DNA from: Octopus vulgaris
Lineage: Eukaryota
Length of the DNA: 64,000 bases
Assembly (NCBI GenBank): GCA_951406725.2
Contig: OX597828.1
Location: 15,500,001-15,564,000, forward strand
Direction of reading: 5' to 3'
The position numbers were made by a program, and so were the translations under genes. The first letter of the stretch is position 1, and the number at the start of each line of letters is the position of its first letter. The notes below the pieces were generated by a model. That model did not search any database, had not been told where the DNA came from, and saw nothing but the letters and a program-made list of their open reading frames with translations. Positions 11,509 to 24,770 of this stretch are shown here, piece by piece.

Positions 11509-12642
11509 AGTCTATTTATATACATCTAGTCGCTGCAGAGATTGGAGCCGCTAACTTGTATACGAAAAGTATTTACGGTTGATATTTGATATTAGCGGCC
11601 TGTCAACGGGGATCTAAGACTAGACAGTACCAAGGCATGATGCAATATATTGTAAGCTATGTAGCAGGCATACAAACAGGGCAGTCTTGACAATTTCTCT
11701 GTTGATGGAAAAAAAAAAATGATGAGCAGCCTTACTCGATTTTCGTACCTTACTGAGTTCTCAGAGTTGTGTACATCACTTGAGAAACAAGTAGCTAATC
11801 TGTTTATATGAAACATCGTATATAGGTTCAGTACACGATCGTTTTTCAGAAAACGATGGCGTTATCATGTTGCGTCATTCAAAAGTTCAGCGTATCTCTG
11901 GACAATCTCTATCTCTCTTTTACTCATTTACTTGTTTCAGTCATTTGACTGCGGCCATGCTGGAGCACCGCCTTTAGTCGAGCAACTCGACCCCGGGACT
12001 TATTCTTTGTGAGCCCAGTACTTATTCTATCGGTCTCTTTTTGCCGAACCGCTAAGTGACGGGGATGTAAACACACCAGCATCGGTTGTCAAGCAATGCT
12101 AGGGGGACAAACATAGACACACAAACACACACATGCAGGTATATATATACGACGGACTTCTTTCAGTTTCCGTCTACCAAATCCACTAACAAGGCTTTGG
12201 TCGGCCCGAGGTTATAGTAGAAGACACTTGCCCAAGGTGCCACGCCGTGGGACTGAACCCGGAACCATGTGGTTGGTAAACAAGCTACTTACCACACAGC
12301 CACTCCTGCGCCTATAGTATATAATCTAATATGGAATCTGACGGAAAAAAAAGAAAATACAATGCAGCATCTTATGGTCCGTGATAAAAGCTGTATATAT
12401 ATATATGATGCAAACTTCAGATTATGCAATCTTTGCTTGGAATAGAGTCTGTGTATATTACTATATAAGGAAGAAATAATCAGCAAACGTTCAGAAATTA
12501 TTATGAAATCTAACCACAGATTTGAAAAACTTTCAGGGAATACAGGAAAACAAAATTTAATGGAGTATGCTTAATTGTTTTACTAACACCTTGGAAAACT
12601 TCAATACGGTATATGAAAAACAACTGTCTGAAAAATAAAATA

Positions 12643-12699
12643 TGGTTAAGATTCCTGGCTATCACTCGGGCGGCCGGGGTTCGGTTCCCGGCATGGGAA
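12643..12699 (+). pseudogene. Duplicate tRNA-Glu pseudogene, anticodon changed to ATC
   Basis: Same as 7776-7832 but CT-ATC-AC. Confidence 0.7.
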
Positions 12700-12874
12700 C
12701 GCATGGTTTTCAAAGTGGTGCTCCAGCATGGCTACAGACAAATGACTGAAAGAAGTAAAAGAATAAAAGAATATAAATAGATACTATTTTGAAAAACTAG
12801 TCCTCAGAATGTATGAACTTTGTATATGTATATTTGTGTAGAAATATACATACATCGATGCGCGCACACGCACA

Positions 12875-12925
<51 letters not shown>

Positions 12926-13335
12926 GCGTGCATGCCCTTCGCCCTAGTATTTTTGTAAGGGTATGACTATATGAGTGAACGGGTAAATGTGTGAATGTCT
13001 CTATAAATATGTTGTTTTCATTATTTATTCTTTATAAATATTATATACATATATATATATATAATGGCATGAGAATTGGTTCCTGATTCCTTGAGCGTTC
13101 AACACCATTTTAATTATCCGCTTGATTTATTAAGTCGTTGCCTAAAAAAAAACAGCCAAAAAAAAAAAAAGGAAAAACAAAAAACAACACATCTTTGCAA
13201 AAAAATAACCTAGTTTTATCTGGCCAGAAAAAAATGTCTTTGTCTCTGTGTTCGTGGGAGTGAGAGAGTATGATAAATATTTTTGACAATTAGCCATAGA
13301 TAACACAGCAATATCAAACTACAAGCAGGAACTGT

Positions 13336-13759
13336 GGATCTTTTCGGTTTGAACGGCAGTTTTTAACATAATTTCTTGGAAACTAAAAAAATTTAAACTT
13401 CGTATACTGGTAAAATGCGTTTGTAAAACATCTTTTTCTCTTGGCTTTATTGAGAAAATTCTATAGTTTGTAAGATATTTGTTGTTTTTTTCTTCAATTT
13501 CTGCAATTTTAACCAATCAATGACGTCTATTGAGGTGAAAACATTCTGTGCCGTATGAATATGTCACTCGTTTAAGAAACAGATTGGGTTTATTTACATT
13601 TCTGAAGAAAAAAAGATACCTTTTCCCCCACCCTAACCCTAACTAACCCTAACCCTAAAACAAATTGAAATGCAATAGATCGATACTAGGGTCATAATGA
13701 TGGGTGACAATTTCATATGACACCGCTAGAAAAAACTGCCGTTCAAACCGAAAAGATCC
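13336..13759. mobile_element. TTAGGG-containing MITE (duplicate of 8452-8877)
   Basis: Same TIRs and flanks. Confidence 0.9.
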
Positions 13760-14302
13760 CCTTTGGGATCCTCCCGTCCGGAAGACACTAACTATTGACA
13801 GACATTCTGGAGATACATATTACCTTATATATGTTATGTGTTCATTTATTTTTTCATCTATGAATTTCATTCTTTTTTTTCTCTTCGATTCATGCTATTT
13901 CTTGACTGGTTAATTTCGATTTGTGTTTTTTTATGCATTTGTTTTTTGTTTTAACTATGAGATGTTAACGAAATGATAAGAGCATCTTCAACAAATAGTA
14001 TACATTCTTTGAAATACTGGGGCCCCAACAATCTGAGCTACCCAGCTTACCGGAATTACAACGGCAAGTGATCTTTCCTTCGTTCCCCCCAGCTTGCTGG
14101 TGTCAGCTCATAGTAGGACCACTCACTCGAGCCATCCTCGTCACATTCACACTCACGTTTCAAAACATTTACTGGGAAAGTGACGGAGCAGCACATCTTT
14201 CTTAACCCCACTCACTTTCAAATTAAAATAAAATTTTAAAAATGTCGATGAGGTCTTGGTCGAAAAGTCTCTGTCTTCAGTTTGCTCCATTTCATCTAAA
14301 TA

Positions 14303-14443
14303 TTAGGTTGTCCCAAAAGTTCGTAAACACTTGCGAAAATTGAATTTTTACTCGCCAAGTACTAACAAAAACAACAAAAATTATTCCTCAAAATAAAGAC
14401 CATTATTTTCCAAGACTTTCTACGAACTTTTGGGACAACCTTA
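14303..14443. mobile_element. Tc1/mariner-type MITE
   Basis: TIR TTAGGTTGTCCCAAAAGTTCGTA / TACGAACTTTTGGGACAACCTTA with TA on both sides. Confidence 0.85.
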
Positions 14444-14872
14444 TAAAAGCAATAACAACAGTGGTGGTATTAAATAGTAGTAACGCTAACAAAAATAACA
14501 AGAAAAACGATAAGAATAAGTCGTAAGAGTAACAATAGTCATACAATAAATACTACGCAGCAAACACCAGCAAATATATACAAAATTTAGATAAGACCAG
14601 AATACTGAATGTGATTCATCTAATGTAATCAGGAAAACCAGGAATGATGAAACGAATAGCAAAAATAGAAACAGGTAAATCACATGGTATAATCCTACAC
14701 ACAATTACTTTGTATAAACCCAAATTTTTCAAATGGTTTTCTTTGTATTTAAAAATAACTTCTCCCATCACCATAAATACCAATACGTACTTAATAAACT
14801 ACCCAATTCTACCATTCACAATCTTGTCGATAGCATTGTAGGGGGTAATGCATATAAGTACTTGAAGACTAA

Positions 14873-15185
14873 GGAGGCGCAATGGCCCAGTGATTAGGGC
14901 AGCGGACTCGTGGTCGGAGGATCGCGGTTTCGATTCCCAGACCGGGCGTTGTGTATGTTTATTGAGCGAAAACACCTAAAAGCTCCACGAGGCTCCGGCA
15001 GGGGTGGGGGTGGCGACCCCTGTTGTACTCTTTCGCCCCAACTTTCTCTCACTCTTTCTTCCTGTTTCTTGAGTAACACTGCGATGGACTGGGGGGAACA
15101 CATACGCCACAGAAACCGGGAAACCGGGTTCATGAGCCTGGCTAGGATTGAAAAGGGAGAAAAAAAATAACAACAAAAAAAAAAA
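14873..15185 (+). mobile_element. SINE group A with alpha tail
   Basis: GGAGGCGCAATGG head, A-rich tail, TSD ACTTGAAGACTAA at 14860-14872 and 15186-15198. Confidence 0.92.
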
Positions 15186-15558
15186 ACTTGAAGACTAAGG
15201 TTCTTTCCCACTAAACAAGGAAGAATTACCAAATACCATTCGTTCATAGCTGCAGTATATGACTGGCCTTCAAATACTAGACATAATTAATGATAGCTAT
15301 TTGAATAATCACTGTTCAAACATCCAAGCGATGGCTTCTCGTGCAAATTTCTTCACGGCGAAAAACATTCAAACCTCACCAATGAGCTTTATTCAAATAA
15401 TGAAATGTTTAATACTAACCCTACTAGAACAGCTAAAATTAGTAATAAGTCTAAACCGTGTAAATCAAAGAATGACAATGCCTGTCAGTTAAACAGAAAT
15501 TGTCTTGTCAAAAACATAGTATACAGATGTAGGGTAATTACATGTGCATACTCTAAGC

Positions 15559-15705
15559 CAGTGTTTCTCAACCTCCTTACCCTTGCGTAACCCTTAAAAT
15601 AAATTACATGTGTCAAGGAACCCCTGCACAAAAAAACAAAAAACAAAATTATATACCATATCTTTCACATACTTTTTCATCGTAGTTCACGTGGTAAATA
15701 TTATC

Positions 15706-15748
<43 letters not shown>

Positions 15749-15920
15749 TGGAGCAATCTCGAGTATAACCAGCCGAAATTGCAAAGATAATCTGGAACTC
15801 AACTGAGGAAAGAAAACTCCGAATGACCCGTCCTTGTTTTATTTGTATCGTCTGTCTGGATGTTTTGTTGTCCCTATTTTGTATCACCTAACTGTCTGGA
15901 TGTTTTGCGTTCTTGTTTTG

Positions 15921-16001
<81 letters not shown>

Positions 16002-16260
16002 CATACATACATACATACACACACATACACATAAACACACACAAACATATGGTTGTTATATTTTTTTGATCACATAATAGGTTAGATATGATGATGTTTA
16101 TATTACAATATTACAATAACCAATTATATGTTGTGCATGTATAGTAAGTAATATTACGATCATGAAATTAGCATTAGCTTATCTCACTCTTTCTCGCGGA
16201 ACCTCTTGGAATCTTTTGCGGAATCTTAAGGTTCCGGAGAGCCTCGGTTGAGAAACGCCG
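15559..16260. mobile_element. hAT (Charlie-type) non-autonomous element
   Basis: TIR CAGTGTTTCTCAACC / GGTTGAGAAACGCCG; 8-bp TSD CTCTAAGC at 15551-15558 and 16261-16268. Confidence 0.88.
15748..15925 (+). mobile_element. Short repeat in (TA)n, probable PLE pseudo-LTR fragment
   Basis: Homologous in reverse to 40455-40622; both abut (TA)n; starts with a possible hammerhead 3' half (CAGCC GAAA). Confidence 0.55.
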
Positions 16261-16722
16261 CTCTAAGCCAACATTTTAAAGAAACGCTTTTATACACACG
16301 TGCATTCTTTTAAAAATCCAAAATTGGTGCGCTGAAGTTTATTAGATAAATTTGTGTGGCAGCTCAAAAATTTAAACATTGACTGTAACTTGCAGTGGAT
16401 CATAGTAACATTCTAAACTCCATGCATGACAGAACGCAAGCTATGACGATTATGCTGTCAGGAAGTAACAGAAACTTAATTTTCGGTACATCACGTCTAA
16501 ATATAGGAAATGAAGTAATCCTGAAATACAGCCACAAATTTCTTCGTATTTTCAATTTTTCTTTTTAAATAATAGTTTCAAAAAATGTCTGTTTATGACT
16601 AAGAGCCAGCAGTTTTTTTGAGGGGAGTAGGAAGTCGATTACCTCGACCCAGTACTTGACTGGTAGTTATTTCATCAACCTTGAAAGGATGGAAGGCAAA
16701 AGTCGACCTTGGCAGAATTCGA

Positions 16723-17157
16723 GGATCTTTTCGGTTTGAACGGCAGTTTTTTCTAGCGGTGTCATATGAAATTGTTACCCATAATTATGACCCTAGATTC
16801 AATCTGTTGCATTTCAATCTCTTTTAGGGTTAGGGTTAGTTAGGGTTAAGGTTAGGGGTGGGGGGAAGGGTATCTTTTTTTCTTCAGAAATGTAAATAAA
16901 CCCAATCTGTTTCTTAAACGAGGGACATATTCATACGGCACAGAATGCTTTTTAACTCAATAGACGTCACTGATTGGTTGAAATTGCAGAAATTGAAGAA
17001 AAAACAACAACAAATATCTTACACACTATAGAATTTTCTCAATAAAGCCAAGAGAAAAAGATGTTTTATAAACACATTCTACCAGTATACGAAGTTCAAA
17101 AGTGTTTTAGTTACCTAGAAATTATGTTAAAAACTGCCGTTCAAACCGAAAAGATCC
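16723..17157. mobile_element. TTAGGG-containing MITE inserted in a group C SINE
   Basis: 8-bp TSD GAATTCGA at 16715-16722 and 17158-17165; host SINE (about 16620-17240, minus) rejoins across it. Confidence 0.92.
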
Positions 17158-17251
17158 GAATTCGAATATAAAACGTAAAGACGGACAAAATAGCGCCAAG
17201 CATTTTGTTTCGCATGCTAAAGATTTTTCCTGTTTGTCGCCTTTTATATAA

Positions 17252-17283
17252 CTAGCTGGCCTCGTGCCATCGAAAATGATGGC
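17252..17283 (-). mobile_element. Helitron-like 3' terminus
   Basis: Minus strand hairpin GCCATC-ATTTTC-GATGGC, 10 nt, then CTAG|T. Confidence 0.5.
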
Positions 17284-17424
17284 TAATTGTAGTATTTTAT
17301 ATATATATTTTATATATAAATTTGGATGGTAAATCAAATGAATACACTTGTCGATGTTATCTAGTGGTTCATTATTTACATTATTTACATTTGACGGATA
17401 TTTGTCCTCATCTTGTTTGTTGTT

Positions 17425-17470
17425 AACACAACGCTTCGGCTAATATACCCTCCAGCCTTCATCAGGTGTC
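17425..17470 (-). ncRNA. Hammerhead-like motif (GAAAC changed to GAAGC)
   Basis: GACAC CTGATGA A GGCTG-loop-TAGCC GAAGC GTT GTGTT. Confidence 0.6.
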
Positions 17471-17532
17471 TTGGGTGAAATTTCGAACCTGGGTTCTCAC
17501 TCCTAAGGTATTTTTCGATGATGTTGTTGTTG

Positions 17533-17578
<46 letters not shown>

Positions 17579-17766
17579 GTAGTGGTTGTATTTTTGAGAT
17601 GTGACATCGATCATCGTTTGTTACTGAAAGAACCCTGCTTCACATATACAAACATTCACACACTTCCCTTGTACACGCACACACATACACACATGTGCTC
17701 ATACAGAGTTGAAACGCTGGTTGATTTTTCTTTTCAGCGTTGAATGTTCACCATCCCACTTCCATT

Positions 17767-17837
<71 letters not shown>

Positions 17838-18531
17838 TACACACACACACACACACACATTCACATACACACATATACTCACACAGAGTTGAAACACTCC
17901 CGCTACCAATTTGCCATCACCCCTTCCTTCCTTATTCATCTTTCACCCATTCTTTTCTCATTCATATGTTGTGACGGAGAAAAACACAAGAATATTATTA
18001 CAGTAGACAATTAAAACCTTTCTACTATAGGAAAAAACCCCAAATTTTTTTGTGGGGAGGGGACTAGTCGATGCTATCGACTCCAGGGATCAACCAGTAT
18101 TCATTTTATCAACTTCGAAAGGGTGAAAGGCAATGTCGATCCCAACAGAATTCTTACTCAAAGCATAAAGACGGATTAAATAACGCTAAGCATTTTATGC
18201 GGAATGCTAATTTCTTTTTAGCAAATAAAGGAACCACGTTAACCAATAAGATTACAGCTTACAATATATAATTCAGAAACGGAGATTATTTCCATTCCTG
18301 TAATTAGTTTTATGCTTTCATATCGTTTAAAAACTTTTGCTTCTGCTTCCGTTTCATAAATGTTAAATGATTGATCGATTTTAATTTCTTTTATAATACT
18401 TTATATCATTTTAATTCACTTTACAGTATACAAACATGATGCAATACTCTGACATTTGAAAGTTGGGTTTAAATCCTCCTACAACGTTTAATACATATCG
18501 TTATAATCAGCTTTCTTAGTCTGTGTGCTTA

Positions 18532-18581
<50 letters not shown>

Positions 18582-18768
18582 TACATATACACAGCATGTT
18601 CATGCATCCCCCACACAAACCATTTAAAATATATGCATATATCTGCTCTTTTCTATGTAAATCCGTGTCTCTATATGAGTAAGGATATGCTTATATATAA
18701 GTACACCCACACACACACATATATGTATATACATGCATATACTTGTATAGACATACATACATACATAC

Positions 18769-18887
<119 letters not shown>

Positions 18888-18929
18888 TGGCATAGATGTG
18901 GCAACATTTGAAATCTTGTCTAGGTAAAT

Positions 18930-18974
18930 GCAGCTGATGAAGACTAATCAAATTTACGTTGTCAAACGTATTTG
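18930..18974 (+). ncRNA. Degenerate hammerhead-like motif in an insert between (TA)n tracts
   Basis: CAG CTGATGA A GAC...GTC AAAC GTA TTTG (G12 missing). Confidence 0.4.
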
Positions 18975-19181
18975 AAGAGTTAGAAACCGGTCCTGCATTA
19001 TCCGATTCTAGGTTGTCCATTTATCAGATGTTCTTCCTAGAGGTAAGACAAATTTTTTTCATGTTTGTTGCATACACGCGTCTTTGCTAGTATATACGCA
19101 GTGAGGCTATACAATAGCGTCGTATTTATTATGATTGCTATTTTCCAGTAAATATTGGTGCCTTGTTGTACCATTTATCTA

Positions 19182-19221
<40 letters not shown>

Positions 19222-19225
<4 letters not shown>

Positions 19226-19478
19226 CACACGTCCAGACCCCTCATACGCACTTATACTCTCTCATACACACACACACACACTTATACATACTAATACGTA
19301 CTAATACATACTAATACATACTAATACATACACCAACCCCATACATACGCACGTCCAGACCAATCCTACGCACTAATACTCTCTCATACGCACACACACA
19401 CACACACACACCCTTATACATACTAATACATACACCAACCCTATACATACACACGTCCAGACCCCTCCTACGCACTAT
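19222..19478. repeat. Degenerate minisatellite (3 copies starting ACGTCCAGACC...TACGCACT)
   Basis: Direct read. Confidence 0.75.
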
Positions 19479-19658
19479 TAGCTGGTCCTTCAACCCTATT
19501 ATCAACCCTATTATCAACCCTATTATCTCCCCTTATTTCGCTCTCGCGTCTCATGTTTGATCTTTGACCTCTGGCCGAAATCAGATCGCCATGTTGATTC
19601 GTTAGCTACTGCACGCATTTTTTTCTCTCCTTCTTTCTGTTTTTTTTCTCTCTGTGTA

Positions 19659-19696
19659 TCTTTCTGTTGAAGAGCGTAGGCTCGAAACGTTAAAGA
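19659..19696 (+). ncRNA. Hammerhead-like motif, A6U variant
   Basis: TCTTT CTGTTGA A GAGC-GTAG-GCTC GAAAC GTT AAAGA; lies in a repeat ending at (TA)n near 19795. Confidence 0.6.
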
Positions 19697-19793
19697 CTTG
19701 TTTTATTTATATTACCTGAGCGCCATACTAATACAATTGTTCGTTTGTTTTCCACCTGCCTTCGTCTTTTGTCTATTTTCATAAAGCTTCCCG

Positions 19794-19844
<51 letters not shown>

Positions 19845-20313
19845 AATATATGTATATATGTATTTATGTATGTATATACATATGCATGTATGCATATTGT
19901 TGACGTCATAAGAATTTTTAGTATAAACTCTGAGAGAACATGAAATAATTTAGTTTTGGGAAAGTTGGATCTCGAAGCAGATAAAGCTATAAATAATGAA
20001 ATGTAAATATTGGGTTAAAAATGCTTTAGTGCTTTGGATAGAAAACCTCGAAGGCTACCTGTGGGACTCGAACCTACATCTCCTGTACTAAATGGCTGTA
20101 AAATGTATAATTGTGTGTATGTCGGCACATTTAGCTGTGCGTGAATGTGTCTGTTTGTGTATATACATCCATAGGCATGTGCATGTATGTGTACTCGTAT
20201 AAGATTATTACTTCGTGAGTATACACGCACACACTTATATAATGCAACCTACGTAGAAGATATAAAAATAGCGCGAATTTAACTATTTCTTCGCAGATTG
20301 AAAAATGACGAAC

Positions 20314-20358
20314 AACCTTAATCAATTTTCGGACCTTATTGAGTTCTCATCAGAGATT
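20314..20358 (-). ncRNA. Minimal hammerhead-ribozyme-like motif, canonical core
   Basis: AATCT CTGATGA GAAC-TCAATAAG-GTCC GAA AATTGATT A AGGTT. Confidence 0.65.
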
Positions 20359-20557
20359 TCTATATCACTTGACCAATTCCACATAAACAAGTACCCATGC
20401 TGTTTACAGCAACAAATCCAGGAGTTTAAGAGAAAACATATGTATCTATGTGCATATGTGAACGTACATATATGTATGCATACATACATACATACATACA
20501 TACATACATACATACATACATACATACATACACTCACAAGGCAAGAGTCTACACGAG

Positions 20558-21280
20558 CAGGGCCGTATTAAGACCCATAGAGACCCGAAGCACTTAAAAG
20601 ATTTTGGTTCCTCCAATATGCAATTGAAAATATAAACCATAATAAGCCATAAAATAAAATTTCCTTTTCAAAATCAAACAAAATTAACAGTAAAATGCAA
20701 AATAATGTTTAATTTTGTAAGCTTACGCTTCTTATTTGTGGAGGCACATGGCCTAGTGGTTAGAGCAGCGGATTCGCGGTCGAGGGATCGCAGGTTCGAA
20801 TCTCAGACCGGGCGATGTGTGTGTTTGTGAGCGAAACACCTCAGCTCCACGCGGCTCCGGCAGAAGGAAATGGCGAACTTTTGCTGACTCTTTCGCCACA
20901 ACTTTCTCTCACTCTTTCCTCCTGCATCTTGCAGCCCACCTGCGACGGACCGACGTCCCGTCCAGGTGGGGAACCTATACGCCAAGGAAACCGGGAAACC
21001 GGCCCTTTGAGCCAGGCATGGCTCGAGAAGGAACAAGCAATGCTTCATATTTGAAAAGTTTTCTCCTGTTTTTAATAGCAAAGTCTCTGATCAGATCCTC
21101 AAAATTAATCTTACGTAACCATCTGCTTCTATACTTACTAGAAGTAAGGCTTCCCGAATATTATTTTAGCAAGTTTAAAATGATTTCTTTTGTGCCGTAA
21201 GCCATTTACCATTTCTGTGGTGCCCTCTTCCTTTGATGCTCTAAGCACGTGTTATTTTGCTTAATGGTTAATCCAACTCG
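20558..21280. mobile_element. Old hAT-like MITE interrupted by a SINE
   Basis: CAGGGCCGTATTAA ... TTAATCCAACTCG degenerate TIRs. Confidence 0.45.
20738..21040 (+). mobile_element. tRNA-derived SINE, group A variant with alpha-like tail
   Basis: GGAGGCACATGGCCTAGTGG, GGTTCGAATC; near-TSD GCTTCTTATTT/GCTTCATATTT. Confidence 0.85.
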
Positions 21281-21794
21281 AGGCTATATTCACAGGCACT
21301 TATTGAACATACTGCGCAGTAGGATCGAACCCTCGACCTCGTGATTGAGAAGCGAACTTCTTAACTATATTTATCTATACGTACACACACGTGCGCACAC
21401 GCGCACACGCACATATGTATATGTATCGCTGTATTAACCAGACAATCGGATTTGTTATACACCGCGGGTCACAATGCAGTTTCTCGCACTTTTGCGGCTT
21501 TAGATCTGTGTTTCTTAACTGCTTTTCTTTTCTATGGACGTCTTTGATTCCTGTTTTACTAAGGTGGACCCTCATAGCCATTCGGTGCTTAAAAGAGATC
21601 CATTGTATTTTTATAAATAAATATTATTAGGAGTTGAATGAAAAAACATTAAGATACTTTGGGTATTATTCTTTCATTCTGTTACCTTTTTTTTTCAGTC
21701 ATTTGATTGCGGCCATCCTGGAGCACTGCTTTAAATGATTTTAGTCGAAGAAATCTATCCCAGGACATATTCTTTGTAAGCCTAGTACTTATTC

Positions 21795-22261
21795 AAAGTT
21801 GACCTCGGCGGAGTTTGAACCCAGACGTAACGGCTGACGAAATACCTATTTCTTTATTGCCCACAAGGGGCTAAACACAGAGGAGACAAACAAGGACAGA
21901 TAAACGGATTAAGTCGATTATATGGACCCCAGTGCGTAACTGGTACTTTATTTATCAACCCCGAAAGGATGAAAGGCAAAGTCGACCTCGGCGGAATTTG
22001 AACTCAGAACGTAACCGCTGACGAAATACCTATTTCTTTACTACCCACAAGGGGCTAAACACAGAGGAGACAAACAAGGACAGATAAACGGATTAAGTCG
22101 ATTATATGGACCCCAGTGCGTAACTGGTACTTAATTTATCGACCCCGAAAGGATGAAAGGCAAAGTCGACCTCGGCGGAATTTGAACTCAGAACGTAACG
22201 GCAGACGAAATACGGTTACGCATTTCGCCCGGAGTGCTAACGGTTCTGCCAGCTCGCCGCC
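21795..22261 (-). mobile_element. SINE group C array (head, 2 units and a partial third)
   Basis: Junction GAAATACCTATTTCTTT seen twice. Confidence 0.9.
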
Positions 22262-23094
22262 TCCACCTGAAGATAATATCAATGATTTCTCTTTTAGACA
22301 CAAGATTAACTATTTCGAGGCATAGGTGGAGTTAGTCGATATTATTGGCCATAATATTTGACCAGCACTGCATGTTACCCTCCACGAAAGAATTAATGAT
22401 AGAGTTAGTCTCTGCGAGATTTGAACTAGCCTGCGGGGTACTTCAGAATATTCTGGGTGGGTACTAATTTGTAATAATGTTAAAGTGGGGGTCAGTAAAG
22501 TGGAGTAAATCCGAGGGTGCACCATTGAATAGTAAAGGAGCAGCACCGTCCAGTACACCCACTTAGCGACGGATATACCACAGGGCAGTTTTCTAACGAT
22601 TTTATCATTCTGTCAGCTCTTTCATGCTACCGCCTACATTCAGTCATATAACATACTCTATTTAACTGTAATCAGAGTCCACAGTTGGAGCAGCAGCCTA
22701 CAAGACCACACAACATATCCCCACCCTCTCTCTTTAAAAAAAACTTTTTCACTTTTTACTTGTTCGAATGAATCGACCCCAGTTCTCGTTTTTTTTCAGT
22801 TTGGCACTTATCGCCACTTATCTCCTTGACCTAGAGGTTGCGTGTGAGGTGGAACAGGCACACACACAGAGGCAATAATACGGATTAACAAATTAGATAC
22901 ATGAAATATATTAAATATATTTGATGTGTCTAATTTGTTTCTCCGCATAATTGCTTCTATACACTCTCAACTTGATCCCTCTTGTAGCCTTTCTTTACCT
23001 TGTGGAATGATCCCCTGTAAAGACATCGGAGTTTTAGTTTGACTCTTTTGAGAACTACTAAGTGCTGGATCTCATCCGTGGTATATATATATAT

Positions 23095-23397
23095 ATCACC
23101 GTGCCCGACCAGGCTATCAGATGTTGCTACACATCGCTGGTCACAATGCGCTTCGCATTGTTTTAGCCTTCAAATGACGCTACCCTGCTGGCTAAGCGAG
23201 CAGGCCAACAGAAGAAAGAGTGAGAGAAAGTTGTGGCGAAAGAATACAGCAGGGATCGCCACCATCCCCTGTCGGAGCCTCGTGGAGCTTTAGGTGTTTT
23301 CGCTCAATAAATACTCACAACGCCCGGTCTGGGAATCGAAACCGCGATCCTCCGACCGCGAATCCGCTTCCCTAACCACTGGGTCATTGCGCCTCCA
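23095..23397 (-). mobile_element. SINE group A with gamma tail
   Basis: Homologous to 696-964; tail ends at (TA)n in both copies. Confidence 0.88.
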
Positions 23398-23409
23398 CCC
23401 CCCCACACA

Positions 23410-23580
23410 TAAGACGGTCTTCTCTCAGAAAAGAATTTCTGCTAGCCAAATCCATTCACATGGCTTTGGTCGGTCCGAGACAATGGTAAAGACACTTGCC
23501 CAAGGTGCCACGCAGGGAGACTGAACCCAGTACCATGTGGTTGGGAAGCAAGCTTCTTACCATACAGCCACGCCTGCGCC
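23410..23580 (-). mobile_element. SINE group B, 5' half
   Basis: GGCGCAGGCGTGGCTG head, CCTTGGGCAAGT. Confidence 0.8.
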
Positions 23581-24195
23581 TGTATTATATATAATATATA
23601 ATATATATATATATATCTACGTAATCACAACTCAATAACACAATATTATGTACATAAGCGACATCCGATACCGTATACTATAATGTACACAACAACAACA
23701 TTTACAGCACGGCTCACGTTGCATATTTTTTTTCTATTTACAGCAACAAACAAACAAACGAAGCATAAAATAAACTGCATAAATAAATAAATAACTTAAA
23801 CACAGAAAGAAACTACACAAAAAATTCTGTTATAAAGCAAACCATACATTTGTATACAAACAATTTCTACTCTACTCAGAAGTCAATACATTACACACAC
23901 ACACACACACTATCTTTCTCTTTTTTCTCTCTCTCTCTCTGACATACATACACACTTTCATTCATTCACACTCTTAAGAATAAGGAAGTACGGTAGAAAC
24001 ATGATGAGTGGTTCTCAACTCAGATATATATAACCCTTGGGTGGGGTGTCCATATAAGATTTTGTTGTTAAAATTTTTATGTTCAATAAACATTTATAAT
24101 ACTCAAAGTATTTGAGCAATTTTTTTAATGCAATTCCTAGAAAAATATTTAATCGGAAAAGGGCGGTGAGTTGGCAAAAATCGTTAACACTCTAA

Positions 24196-24612
24196 GGCGG
24201 CGAGCTGGCAGAACCGTTAGCACGCCGGGCGAAATGCGTAGCCGTATTTCGTCTGCCGTTACGTTCTGAGTTCAAATTCCGCCGAGGTCGACTTTACTTT
24301 TCATCCTTTCGGGGTCGATTAAATAAGTACCAGTTACGCACTGGGGTCGATATAATCGACTTAATCCCTTTGTCTGTCCTTGTTTGTCCCCTCTGTGTTT
24401 AGCCCCTTGTGGGTAGTAAAGAAATAGGTATTTCGTCTGCCGTTACGTTCTGAGTTCTAATTCCGCCGAAGTCGACTTTGCCTTTCATCCTTTCGGGGTC
24501 GATTAAATATAAGTACCAGTTACGCAATGGGGTCAACGCAATCGATTTAATCCCTATGTCTGTCCCTGTTTGTCCCGTCTATGTTTAGCTCCCTGTGAGC
24601 AATAAAGAAATA
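24196..24612 (+). mobile_element. SINE group C, head plus 2 units
   Basis: GGCGGCGAGCTGGCAGAA head; junction AAAGAAATA|GGTATTTCG at 24426/24427. Confidence 0.9.
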
Positions 24613-24770
24613 AATATTTCTACTTTCATTTTGTAGTCACAAACCGAAATGGGTCACAAACCGAAACAGTTCGGTTGCTGTCAAAATTGAAAAGGTAACA
24701 AGAAAGGTGGAGGGCAAAAAAGTAAAAAAAAAAAAAATGGGCGATGTCAATTTTTTGCTCCGAAACCACT

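Larger units (their letters stand above)
9155..14039. repeat. Tandem segmental duplication, copy 2
   Basis: As copy 1, with extra blocks at 9761-9955 and about 10290-10453. Confidence 0.95.
14660..16545 (+). mobile_element. Decayed Penelope-like retroelement (RT-to-endonuclease linker plus GIY-YIG domain), interrupted twice
   Basis: Remnant peptides RNR*ITWYNP, CKSKNDNACQLNRNCLVKNIVYRCRV, LKKRFYTHVHSF, DKFVWQLK...QWII, RLCCQE match the WFNPP / CxC...C....C..K.VVY / FK.R...H..SF / LS..IW.LK / C.LC..EK pattern of PLEs; stops and frameshifts present. Confidence 0.75.

Noticed and set aside
14244-14275. TCGATGAGGTCTTGGTCGAAAAGTC as a hammerhead
   Set aside because: Core and stems too poor to distinguish from chance
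14873-14945. SINE heads as functional tRNA genes
   Set aside because: A/B boxes are present, but the heads run into SINE bodies with tails and TSDs; no proper cloverleaf or terminator
22560-22615. TDIPQGSFL resembling the RT GVPQGS motif
   Set aside because: A single short degenerate motif surrounded by stops; insufficient support
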